25,844 nucleotides of DNA from an uncultured bacterium (GTDB lineage: Bacteria; CAIJMQ01): contig CAZNJA010000017.1 of the NCBI GenBank assembly GCA_964573245.1, positions 1 through 25,844 on the forward strand, read 5' to 3'. A program made the position numbers and the translations under genes. Below are positions 1-8,128 of the stretch, in pieces. Positions within the stretch are counted from its first letter, which is position 1. Each line of letters begins with the position of its first letter. Under the pieces are notes generated by a model. That model saw only the letters and a program-made list of their open reading frames with translations. It had not been told where the DNA came from and did not search any database.

Positions 1-424
1 GCAGCTTCACGGGGTCCTTTACTTTAAATTGCACAATCCAACGCACATCTAAGATGTTCAAATCACCTGTAAGCATCAAAGATTCTTCAAGGTATTGTTT
101 GGAAGAATACGATGTTCTCACACCTGGCTGCAAAGTCCTAGCTCCAAACTCCTCCTTAAAAACTTTCTCCACCTTAATCGGAGTAACTTTCTCGATGCTA
201 AAAGGAATTTTTGCGTGCAGTCCCGGAGAACTTAAACCGATATATTTACCAAACCTCTGTCTTACGCCCACTTCATCCGGACCGATAGAATAAATTGAAC
301 CTATTAAACCAACCAGAACAAAAAAACCAAAAATTATCCATGGCATAAACCGTCCAAAATCAGTAAATTTCTGCTTACCCACATCAATCACATCTTCTAC
401 CCCGCGCACATCTTTCCATTCCAT
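1..424 (-). CDS. hflK: FtsH protease modulator HflK (SPFH/Band 7), 5' part, runs off window
   Basis: Manual translation from ATG at 424: MEWKDVRG...MPWIIFGFFVLVGLIGSIYSIGPDEVGVRQRFGKY...PGLHAKIPFSIEKV...ESLMLTGDLNILDVRWIVQFKVKDP. TM helix followed by HflK-typical motifs. AAGGAGG RBS at 433-439. Absent from the ORF track because it is truncated. Confidence 0.88.
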   Translation of the reverse strand, partial: MEWKDVRGVEDVIDVGKQKFTDFGRFMPWIIFGFFVLVGLIGSIYSIGPDEVGVRQRFGKYIGLSSPGLHAKIPFSIEKVTPIKVEKVFKEEFGARTLQPGVRTSYSSKQYLEESLMLTGDLNILDVRWIVQFKVKDPVKL

Positions 425-454
425 TTTACTTGCCTCCTTATTTCCCATAATTGG

Positions 455-482
455 GTCGCTTACGCGCCAAAGCTTCAGCGAC
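455..482. repeat. GC-rich REP-like imperfect palindrome upstream of hflK
   Basis: GTCGCT...AGCGAC arms around a core containing AAGCTT; GC-rich patch in AT-rich intergenic DNA. Confidence 0.35.
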
Positions 483-507
483 GGAGCAAAGTTGTTTCAT
501 CTTCTAA

Positions 508-536
508 TCCCGTTAGAAATAAATTTCTAAACGGGA
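508..536. mobile_element. 29-bp minimal palindromic element (GTTAGA family) with CTAA direct repeats
   Basis: CTAA-TCCCGTTAGAAATAAATTTCTAAACGGGA-CTAA; near-identical to 5531-5559. Confidence 0.7.
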
Positions 537-590
537 CTAACGACTCGTCACCAAAACTTAAAGTTTACATCCTTTCTGTAAGATAATTCT

Positions 591-621
591 TTTAGATAGA
601 ATCGTGCCGTTTCTATCTAAA
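591..621. other. Perfect 11-bp inverted repeat (possible terminator or protein-binding site) downstream of otsA
   Basis: TTTAGATAGAA-N9-TTCTATCTAAA; AT-rich stem with no clear U-tract. Confidence 0.4.
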
Positions 622-661
622 TTTATCTACCTTAATGCTTACCCTATTATTCTTTTTGATG

Positions 662-2932
662 TCAAATCTTTTTCAAGGCAGTCAGTTCAGTAACAATATT
701 AGCCGCCCAATGATAAACATTGTTTTCGCCTATAATTTTACGCATATTCTCCATACGTTTTATTTTCTCTTCTTTAGGCATTTCTATTGCGACTCTTATA
801 GCTTCCGCAAATTCTTCTATGGAATATGGATTTATCTGGATAGCATCAGTCAATTCCCGGGAAGCGCCCGTAAATTGGCTCAAAATCAAACTGCCGGAGA
901 AGTCTCTCTTGGCTGCAACATATTCCTTTGCTACCAGGTTCATCCCATCATGCAAGGAACTTACAACGCAAACATCAGCCAATGTATAATAAAATTTTAT
1001 CTCGTCTTGAGAAAAATGTCTTTGTAGATAAACTATCGGTTTCCAGTTTTCTTCGGCGTGTTTTGAATTTATTTTCTCAACAAGTTCGTTTATTTCAAAA
1101 ATCAGTTCACGATAACGTTTTATATCCGTACGACTGGGAGAAGCGAGTTGCACAAAAACAAACTTCTTTTTATATTGCGGATATTTCTCTAAAAACCTGT
1201 CTATGGCTAATATCCTTTCTACTATCCCCTTAGTGTAATCAATTCTATCTACGCCTATCCCAACAATCTTGCCTTCAAGCTCAAATTCTTTCTTTAATTT
1301 TTCCACTTCCTTAGCTAATTCAACATCCGCTCCATAAACATTGACTTGGGGGATAGAACCGTTAGGAGTACCCTTCATATCACAATCCACGCTTATAGGA
1401 AAAGCCCGAATATACGTTTCTTTGCCGGAACGCATAACACTGAACTTTTCCGTATTCACTCTGGATTCAAGTAACTTGTTCATAGTATCAAGAAAATTAT
1501 TGCAATGATTTTGCACATGAAAGCCTATCAAATCACATCCCAACATGCCATCCAAAATCTCTTTTTTATAGGGACATATGGAAAAACTTTCCGGATTGGG
1601 CCAAGGTATATGCCAAAACAAAGCGATTGTGGCATCGGGACGTTTCTCTTTAATCATCCTTCCAAGTAATGTAAAGTGATAATCCTGTATAAAAATAAAA
1701 GGACTTTTCGTGGGCAATTCTTCTAATATACTGTTCGCAAATTTCTGATTTACTTTTTTATACATTTTCCAATCAGATTCTCTAAAAATCGGCCGAGCGT
1801 GAGTATTATGACAAAGTGGCCACAATCCTTCATTGGAAAATCCGAGATAATAGCCAGCTTCTTCTTCCTTGTTTAGCCACACTCTTTTTAGAATATAGCG
1901 GTTATCTTTGGGAGGAACACCTAATTTATCTTTGGAATTTACAAATTTTTTATCGGCTTTACCGCTTCCGTAAGCAACCCAAACCCCTCCGCAAGCACAC
2001 AAAACAGGATGTAGGGCAGTAACAACGCCGCTGGCGGGTCTGATTACTTTGATAGCACCGGTAATTTCATCTATGACATGCATATAGGGTTCTCTGTTTG
2101 AAACCACAAAAAAAGCATTTTCTCCCAGCTTTGCATGGACGAGATTTCTAAGTTTTGCTTCTGTCCATGTTTCTTCTTTCTGAAGATGAACGGATGCTTC
2201 ATCGGAAATGGACCTTCGCGCTACACGCAAAGAGAGAGCCACTTGTTCAACTTCGCTTGCAAGCTTGCCGAGTCCTCCTTTATCTTTTATCGGATGAGCT
2301 TTATCGACATCGCCTTTCTGAAAATATTTAAACCATTCTGTAAGACGTTGAACAGGTAATATAAAAATCTGCCTATGCAGAAACATTGACACAAGCAAAA
2401 TAAATGCTATTAACACTACCAAGGTTAAAATGTTACGCCTCCATATTTCTGCCAATCTGTCAAATATATATGAAGTGTCATAAATAATTTCCGCCAAGCC
2501 CAAAATCTGCCCGCTGTCACCGATTATAGGCAAAACATAACTATATAACGTATGGTTATTGAAATCTTTCAATTCGCCTTTAGGAGTTTTGGTATTCAAG
2601 ACATCTTTTATACGCAAATTTTGCTCGTTTCCCCAATCGGCAAATCTTACAGTAACGGCAAAAACATTCCCTTCACTGTCATAAATAACACATCCTTGCA
2701 GCCTTTCGCGGGACTGGAATTTTCCCACAAGATAATCGGCGTTTTTCAAATCATTTGTCAAAAGAACGTGCTTCACCGAAAGTTCCACGCTCTCTGCAAT
2801 AGTCCTTGCTTTGTGTTTTAAATCGTCTAAAAGCTTTTCCTCTTCAAAACGCACCTGAAATATTCCCAACCCGGTGAAAGCTATGATAACAATTATCAAT
2901 ATCGGCAAAATAAAGAGTAAAATCCTTTTCAT
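662..2932 (-). CDS. otsA: Trehalose-6-phosphate synthase (GT20) fused to an N-terminal TM-periplasmic-TM-HAMP-like sensor module
   Basis: GT20 motifs VVSNREPY, GFSNEGLWPLCH, QDYHF, FWHIPWP, GVDRIDYTKG, DGMNLVAKEY. N-terminal ~260 aa with two hydrophobic helices and a HAMP-like segment (PVQRLTEW...GLGKLASEVEQV). Confidence 0.88.
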   Translation of the reverse strand: MKRILLFILPILIIVIIAFTGLGIFQVRFEEEKLLDDLKHKARTIAESVELSVKHVLLTNDLKNADYLVGKFQSRERLQGCVIYDSEGNVFAVTVRFADWGNEQNLRIKDVLNTKTPKGELKDFNNHTLYSYVLPIIGDSGQILGLAEIIYDTSYIFDRLAEIWRRNILTLVVLIAFILLVSMFLHRQIFILPVQRLTEWFKYFQKGDVDKAHPIKDKGGLGKLASEVEQVALSLRVARRSISDEASVHLQKEETWTEAKLRNLVHAKLGENAFFVVSNREPYMHVIDEITGAIKVIRPASGVVTALHPVLCACGGVWVAYGSGKADKKFVNSKDKLGVPPKDNRYILKRVWLNKEEEAGYYLGFSNEGLWPLCHNTHARPIFRESDWKMYKKVNQKFANSILEELPTKSPFIFIQDYHFTLLGRMIKEKRPDATIALFWHIPWPNPESFSICPYKKEILDGMLGCDLIGFHVQNHCNNFLDTMNKLLESRVNTEKFSVMRSGKETYIRAFPISVDCDMKGTPNGSIPQVNVYGADVELAKEVEKLKKEFELEGKIVGIGVDRIDYTKGIVERILAIDRFLEKYPQYKKKFVFVQLASPSRTDIKRYRELIFEINELVEKINSKHAEENWKPIVYLQRHFSQDEIKFYYTLADVCVVSSLHDGMNLVAKEYVAAKRDFSGSLILSQFTGASRELTDAIQINPYSIEEFAEAIRVAIEMPKEEKIKRMENMRKIIGENNVYHWAANIVTELTALKKI

Positions 2933-3095
2933 ATTATCTTTCCTATCCGAACCCCAAAATTTAAACGGATAACTGCCAAAGTTTTTGTATTACGTGCTAT
3001 TCGCCGGTCTTGGAAATATTGACAGATAATCCCTGCAGCATCTGCCTTAAATTTCTCCATGGGTTTAAAGCCCAAACATTCTATAAGCATATTGA

Positions 3096-3944
3096 CTATT
3101 TCTTTTTCTTCAACTGCGCCAAAACTTCTTTTAACGGGAAAAAATTCCCGGGGCATTCCGTAACACTACCTCTTATATCCTTGTGCCTTCTTATGTTGGA
3201 CAGCGGGATATTGTATTGCTTTCGCAAAGTGTCAACCAATTCTACTAGAGATTCAAACTGCGCATTGCTGACATGCTGTTGATTGAAATTTCCCACCAAG
3301 CAAATTTGAATATCATTAGGTCTATTTACCTGGGTTTGCTTTTCCCAGCGCCACCCCACCTCAATTTCTCCATCACCGGAACCAGTACCATTACCTATTA
3401 CAAAATGATAAAAAAGCCCTCCCATGCCGCGGCTTCTATGGTTCCTGTCGAAAACCTCGGCATTACCCTGGAGGGTAGCACTATGATGTAGAGTAATGTA
3501 TTGCCACCTGGAAAAACGATTTTTGGGACCAACGATTTTTGCAGCCGACTCTTGAACGGCAGGGTGATAAGGTTCGACATATAAAAATGCTTTTGCGCCA
3601 GGGATAAATAACTGCTGCCCAACCCCAATTTTAGTTGGGTCGCTAATTTTATTCGCCCGCATAATTGTATCTACATTGACATCATAAGTTTTTGCAATTC
3701 TGTAAAGCGTCTGGCCGCTTCCCACGATATGATATATACCCTGAGGAGGAACGCGTTTGCGAGGCGCGGTAGCGCATCCCCAAAAACTTAAAAGAGCGAA
3801 CGCGACGATAAATATTCGAGCAATCAAAAACAACCCCGCCTGCTTGTTTCCGCAAGAAGCGGGCAGGTCATAAAAAACCGCCGGCTGACGTTGCATCAGA
3901 CGGCGGTTGGATTTCTCTGGTTTTTTTTGTAGACTATAAATCAT
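3096..3944 (-). CDS. LysM-domain N-acetylmuramoyl-L-alanine amidase (Amidase_2), probable lipoprotein
   Basis: Lipobox-like LSFWGC; LysM YHIVGSGQTLYRIAKTY...VGQQLFIP; amidase motifs TLHHSAT, YHFVIGNG, RHKD..TECPG. Start uncertain (ATG 3944 chosen). Confidence 0.82.
   Translation of the reverse strand: MIYSLQKKPEKSNRRLMQRQPAVFYDLPASCGNKQAGLFLIARIFIVAFALLSFWGCATAPRKRVPPQGIYHIVGSGQTLYRIAKTYDVNVDTIMRANKISDPTKIGVGQQLFIPGAKAFLYVEPYHPAVQESAAKIVGPKNRFSRWQYITLHHSATLQGNAEVFDRNHRSRGMGGLFYHFVIGNGTGSGDGEIEVGWRWEKQTQVNRPNDIQICLVGNFNQQHVSNAQFESLVELVDTLRKQYNIPLSNIRRHKDIRGSVTECPGNFFPLKEVLAQLKKKK
3835..3867. repeat. 33-bp CCCGCCTGC...GCGGGCAGG REP-like palindrome, in-frame in the amidase N-terminus
   Basis: Same ends as 4750-4776 and 9947-9973, with a different loop. 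Confidence 0.7.
3876..3908. repeat. 33-bp CCGCC...GGCGG palindrome in the amidase N-terminus
   Basis: AACCGCCGGCTGA-N7-TCAGACGGCGGTT, one mismatch. Confidence 0.6.
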
Positions 3945-4133
3945 GCCCCCAATGCCTTTTTGTGTGTTTTGTTGCCTCAACTAAATATTTACTTCTGCAC
4001 AAAGTAGTCTCTTTTTGAGTTTTCATTATAACTTTCTTTACCCCGAATATCAATCTTAGCACTAAAAAAACATTATGATATTCGCGATGTTTGTTTAGGA
4101 AACTCTTTTAGAAATGAACTTAAAAATGCGGAG

Positions 4134-4691
4134 CTATTTTTCTTCAAACGGCGGTTGAATTCTTCTTATAAAAGCGTCATGGAAATCCTTCGTTATTTTT
4201 AAAAGAGTCTCCTTGCCATCCTGTGAATTAGAAAAATTCCCAACGCAGACCTCAAACAGTCTACCTCTTGTTTTTATGTATACAGGAGAGAACTTTTCTA
4301 CCTTTAATCGATTAGCCAAATTTTCCGTCCTTCTCATATCGCTAAAAGTAGCCACTTGAACCGTATAAAACTGCGAAGGAATGGAAGCAGACACCTGTTT
4401 TTCCCCAGCGGTTGTTTCAGTTTTTGTGGCAGAGGGTATAACTGTGTTTCGAGGGACTTCTTCTACACTCTTCCGGACAACTGTTTCCGACGGGGATAAT
4501 ACTTCCTCTTTTCTTTGCGTCTCGGTTATTTCTATCGTAGCAATGTCGGCAACATTTTGGTTTTCCTTAACCAGGGTTAAGATTATCTTAAACAAAAAAA
4601 ACCCACCTATAATGACGGATGCGACAAAAATTATTATTGGGAACTTGGATACCGTATTTTGGATGTAAAGCTTTTTTCGCCTTCTAAACAT
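4134..4691 (-). CDS. SPOR-domain membrane-anchored peptidoglycan-binding protein
   Basis: N-terminal TM helix, low-complexity linker, C-terminal FYTVQVATFS...FEVCVGNF...DAFI SPOR pattern. Confidence 0.78.
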   Translation of the reverse strand: MFRRRKKLYIQNTVSKFPIIIFVASVIIGGFFLFKIILTLVKENQNVADIATIEITETQRKEEVLSPSETVVRKSVEEVPRNTVIPSATKTETTAGEKQVSASIPSQFYTVQVATFSDMRRTENLANRLKVEKFSPVYIKTRGRLFEVCVGNFSNSQDGKETLLKITKDFHDAFIRRIQPPFEEK

Positions 4692-4738
4692 GATTTTTTA
4701 TTGTATTTTATACTAACAAATTACTTGCGGAATGTAAA

Positions 4739-4794
4739 CCCTCAACACCCCCGCCTGCCAAATCTTGGCGGGCAGGAATGTATTGGTGTGAGGG
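4739..4794. mobile_element. 29-bp palindromic element (CCCTCAACACC...GGTGTGAGGG) carrying a nested 27-bp REP-like unit
   Basis: Removing 4750-4776 restores CCCTCAACACCAAT-GT-ATTGGTGTGAGGG (29 bp, one bulge); flanks TAAA/TGAA. Confidence 0.65.
4750..4776. repeat. 27-bp REP-like unit CCCGCCTGCCAAATCTTGGCGGGCAGG (copy 1)
   Basis: Identical copy at 9947-9973. Confidence 0.85.
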
Positions 4795-4817
4795 TGAACT
4801 CCGTTCAAATATAAAAA

Positions 4818-5339
4818 TTAGACTATCTGTTTTCTATAAATCTCTCGTATCTTATTGAAAACATTTATGGAACTTTCAACTTTATAATCAGGATATGTCC
4901 AGGGTAAAGATTGAAACGTTTTCTCTTTATAAAATAAGGTAACTTCCAAATAAATACCTTGCCCCGAATATATTCTATGATAATAATTTTTTGAGGAGGC
5001 AAGGACAAGTTGAGAATTGCTGATGTAACCGGGGTCAATGTTTATCGTTCTTTTATTTTCAACAGAATATTTTCTCTCTAAATCATTTGTAAAAACCTTG
5101 ATTGGACTTATTTGTTCTAACCTAACCAATCTTTCAAAACTTATGAATTTCTTTTTTAAGCCAAGTCCCATTTCGTCTTGGTAATAATCGGTATAGTCAA
5201 ATTCAAAAAAAGGACTAACAAAATCTATTTTGCCGTATTGCTTCTGCAACTCTGTTTCTATCTTTGGAAAAAGATCTAGACGGTTGCCAAAAACAGCCAT
5301 AATTAACTTGACGGGTAAAGGGGGCTTTACTGTTCCCAT
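4818..5339 (-). CDS. DUF4416 family protein
   Basis: Motifs F.YTDYY..EMG..L.K.F.SF, K..TN.LE, R.INIDPGY, VLAS.KNY.HRIY...GIY.E, LPWTYPDY. Confidence 0.8.
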   Translation of the reverse strand: MGTVKPPLPVKLIMAVFGNRLDLFPKIETELQKQYGKIDFVSPFFEFDYTDYYQDEMGLGLKKKFISFERLVRLEQISPIKVFTNDLERKYSVENKRTINIDPGYISNSQLVLASSKNYYHRIYSGQGIYLEVTLFYKEKTFQSLPWTYPDYKVESSINVFNKIREIYRKQIV

Positions 5340-5397
5340 AACATCAATTTTATATGGAGCTCCAGACTTTTACAAGCAAAGGTGGATAAAAAACTTG

Positions 5398-5526
5398 CCC
5401 CGTTTAGAGATAAAGTGAAATATGCTGTATATGTTATACAGAGTAGGAAAAATTATATATTGGATACAGGTGCGAGTTATAATTTACGTCCGCCACTGCT
5501 TCAATGGCGGACTATCTCTAACGGGG
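5398..5526. mobile_element. 129-bp long GTTAGA-family MITE-like element with CTTG direct repeats
   Basis: CTTG-CCCCGTTTAGAGAT...TTAC-GTCCGCCA(N9)TGGCGGAC-TATCTCTAACGGGG-CTTG. Confidence 0.75.
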
Positions 5527-5530
5527 CTTG

Positions 5531-5559
5531 ACCCGTAAAGAAATAAATTTCTAACGGGT
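5531..5559. mobile_element. 29-bp minimal GTTAGA-family element, in tandem with the previous copy
   Basis: CTTG-ACCCGTAAAGAAATAAATTTCTAACGGGT-CTTG. Confidence 0.7.
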
Positions 5560-5560
5560 C

Positions 5561-5589
5561 TTGCAAATGAATACTGAATATCATATAAT
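5561..5589 (+). promoter_or_regulatory. Sigma70-type promoter for rpmB
   Basis: TTGCAA-17 bp-TATAAT, 9 bp upstream of the ATG at 5599. Confidence 0.65.
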
Positions 5590-5598
5590 TTGCGCCAA

Positions 5599-5790
5599 AT
5601 GTCTAGAGTATGCGAAATATGTGGAAAAGGACCTACTACAGGGCATAATGTGAGCCACTCCAACAGAAAGGCAAAAAGAAGATGGTTGCCTAATCTGCAA
5701 TATGTAAGGGTAATAACTGCAGAAGGTGTAAAGCGGATCCGCGCCTGCACAGCCTGTATTCGCTCAAATAAAGTCAAAAAAGCAGTGTAA
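5599..5790 (+). CDS. rpmB: 50S ribosomal protein L28 (CxxC..CxxC form)
   Basis: [34 protein letters not shown]...ACTACIRS. Confidence 0.96.
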   Translation: MSRVCEICGKGPTTGHNVSHSNRKAKRRWLPNLQYVRVITAEGVKRIRACTACIRSNKVKKAV

Positions 5791-5807
5791 AATCATCAAA
5801 CCTTTTT

Positions 5808-6680
5808 TTACCTCGCTAATTCCAAATTTTTCAGAACTTTAACCAATTTCTCTTTGTTCTCTTCCGTCATCCTGCAAAGAGGCAACCTCAAATGAGGTTG
5901 AATTTTACCCATCAATGCAAGCGTTTCTTTTACGGGAATTGGATTTGTTTCATAGAAAAGGGCTTCAAATAACGGGAATAATTCCAAGTGTATTTTTTGC
6001 GCTTCCTGGATTTTTCCGTCTTTAAAATTTCGAACAAGTTCATGTATTTTTCTAGGGACTACATTGGCGGCTACGGAAACAACTCCTTTGCCACCTACGG
6101 AAAGAATCGGCAAAGTTACGGAATCGTTGCCTGAAAGAACAGTTATATTGCAAAGTGAAAGCGTCTTACTTACCTGGTCAAGTGATGGATTTGCCTCCTT
6201 TATGGCAACTACATTTTTAATTTTGGAAAGTCTTGCTATGGTTTCAGGCAACATATTCGTGCCCGTGCGCCCAGGCACATTATAAAGAATAATGGGTATG
6301 TCAACCTCTTCGGCTATTTTTTTATAATGCAGATATTGTCCTTGAGGAGTAGGTTTATTATAATAAGGTGTTATTATCAATGCAGCGTCAGCGCCTACTT
6401 TTCTTGCAAAAGATGTCAAATCAAGTGCTTCGTCGGTAGAATTGGAGCCAGTCCCGGCAACAACTGGAATCCTTCCGTTTACTTTTCCTACAACAAATTC
6501 TATGACCTTTTTCTGCTCGGCATGTTTTAATGTGGCGGCTTCGCCAGTGCACCCGCAAGGTAATATGCCGTCGGTTTTCTCCGAAATATGAAATTCTATT
6601 AATTTTCCCAAACTTTCGAAATCAATTTCTCCGTTTTCACGAAAAGGAGTAATCAACGCTACAATTGAACCGCTAAACAT
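5808..6680 (-). CDS. dapA: 4-hydroxy-tetrahydrodipicolinate synthase
   Basis: ALITPF, GCTGE, ITPYYNKP, LYNVPGRTG, AIKEA, ETNPIPVK; GGAGG RBS before ATG 6680. Confidence 0.95.
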   Translation of the reverse strand: MFSGSIVALITPFRENGEIDFESLGKLIEFHISEKTDGILPCGCTGEAATLKHAEQKKVIEFVVGKVNGRIPVVAGTGSNSTDEALDLTSFARKVGADAALIITPYYNKPTPQGQYLHYKKIAEEVDIPIILYNVPGRTGTNMLPETIARLSKIKNVVAIKEANPSLDQVSKTLSLCNITVLSGNDSVTLPILSVGGKGVVSVAANVVPRKIHELVRNFKDGKIQEAQKIHLELFPLFEALFYETNPIPVKETLALMGKIQPHLRLPLCRMTEENKEKLVKVLKNLELAR

Positions 6681-6696
6681 ATTTACCTCCAATTTA

Positions 6697-6803
6697 AAGA
6701 CTAAAGACTTTAGACCCAAGACTACAGACTAAAAAATTTTTAAAAGTTTTATATCTAAAGTCCAATGTCCAGAGTCTAATGTCTGATATCTTATGTCTGG
6801 TCT
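6697..6803. repeat. Inverted arrays of degenerate heptamers (AAGACTA-like x5, inverse x7)
   Basis: AAGACTA AAGACTT TAGACCC AAGACTA CAGACTA, an AT spacer, then ATATCTA AAGTCCA ATGTCCA GAGTCTA ATGTCTG ATATCTT ATGTCTG. Confidence 0.75.
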
Positions 6804-8018
6804 TCATTTTAACCCAATCAACTGATTCATTTCAAATATAGGCATAAGAATAGAGATGGCAATAATCCCAACTATAAGACCCATAGTAATTATGACCAGG
6901 GGTTCAAGAAGAGTGGTAAACCTATTTAATGCCATTGTTACTTCTTCTTCGTAATTCTTTGAAATATCATCCAACATTTGCTCCAAATTCCCGCTTTTTT
7001 CTCCTATTTCAACCATATGTAAAAAAAGCGGCGGAAAAACGCCGCTCCTTCTTAGAGCCTTGCTCATGCTGTCTCCGCGAGAGATATCCTCTTTCGCCTG
7101 ATATATCGCATTAGAGATAACTTCGTTTCTAACCGCATCCTTTGCAAGTTCAAGCGAAGTAACAATTGTAACTCCACCTTTTCTAAGAGTGGATATGGTT
7201 CTCGCAAAATTCGCGACAAGCGACTTTCTTGCAATTTCTCCGATAACAGGAAGTTTTAATTTCAATCCGTCAATTTTCTCTCTCGTTTTTTTCACGTGAA
7301 GCAGCCATATAAATGCCGCAGTTAGGATGACTATTCCGACAAGAATTATGACCCAGTAATTTTTCAAAAAAGTGGAAATATTAATTAAACCCAACGTAAG
7401 CGGCGGCAAAGTTTTATTCATCTGTTCAAATAATCCCGAAAGGGTGGGAACCACGACCGTCATAAGAAAAACGAGCACTCCCACACCAACAAAACTAATC
7501 ACTGCGGGATAAATTAAAGCATTTCTAACTTTATTGCGCAAATTAATATTCTCTCTTATCAGCGCCGAAATCCTCAAAAGAATATCCGCCAAACTGCCGG
7601 TCTCCTCGCCGCTCCTTATCATATTTATATAAATAGGCGAAAAAACTTTACTGAATAAAGAAAGAGATTCTGCAAAAGATTTGCCTTCTTTTACAGACTC
7701 TGCCAAACCCAACACTATTCTTCTTAAACGATGCGAACTAACCTGTTCCGCTATAGCGTTTAAACTGGACAAAAGCGGAAGCCCACCTTTCAACAGAGTG
7801 GCTAATTGATGAGAAAATAATGCAACGTCTTCACTATTTGTTTTTCTAAAAGATAGGAAATTGCGGCCCGAAGAAGTTTGAGTAACTGCATTAACATCAA
7901 CGGGGAAAAGAGATTGTTCACGCATCTTATCTCTTGCTTCTTCCACCGAAGATGCGTCTATTATTCCTTTTACCGTCCTGCCGCCTTTATTTAAGGCTTT
8001 GTATTCAAATACAGCCAT
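6804..8018 (-). CDS. gspF: Type II secretion inner-membrane platform protein GspF (PilC family)
   Basis: MAVFEYKAL, QLATLL..GLPL, MI.SGEETGSL, ALIYP, MVEIGEKSGNL, LLEP; located after gspE. Confidence 0.9.
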   Translation of the reverse strand: MAVFEYKALNKGGRTVKGIIDASSVEEARDKMREQSLFPVDVNAVTQTSSGRNFLSFRKTNSEDVALFSHQLATLLKGGLPLLSSLNAIAEQVSSHRLRRIVLGLAESVKEGKSFAESLSLFSKVFSPIYINMIRSGEETGSLADILLRISALIRENINLRNKVRNALIYPAVISFVGVGVLVFLMTVVVPTLSGLFEQMNKTLPPLTLGLINISTFLKNYWVIILVGIVILTAAFIWLLHVKKTREKIDGLKLKLPVIGEIARKSLVANFARTISTLRKGGVTIVTSLELAKDAVRNEVISNAIYQAKEDISRGDSMSKALRRSGVFPPLFLHMVEIGEKSGNLEQMLDDISKNYEEEVTMALNRFTTLLEPLVIITMGLIVGIIAISILMPIFEMNQLIGLK

Positions 8019-8035
8019 AATCATTTAAAACAAAA

Positions 8036-8126
8036 TAACGATAGACGACCGTTCCCCCGACATTACGCCGGGCTAACTAGGACGAAAAAAGTTTCTTCAT
8101 CATCCCTCGTCCTTCGTCCCTCATTT
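8036..8126. repeat. Inverted degenerate heptamer arrays (GGACGAA-like) with a nested hairpin
   Basis: TAACGAT AGACGAC...GGACGAA, then ATCATCC CTCGTCC TTCGTCC CTCATTT; CCCGAC-N5-GCCGGG at 8056-8072. Confidence 0.55.
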
Positions 8127-8128
8127 TT

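Noticed and set aside
2929-3156. 75-aa ORF bridging the amidase and otsA
   Set aside because: Overlaps the amidase 3' end, has no recognisable motif or RBS, and is probably spurious.
5484-5777. 97-aa minus-strand ORF and other short antisense ORFs in the track
   Set aside because: Shadows of well-supported genes on the opposite strand, or read-through of repeat DNA.
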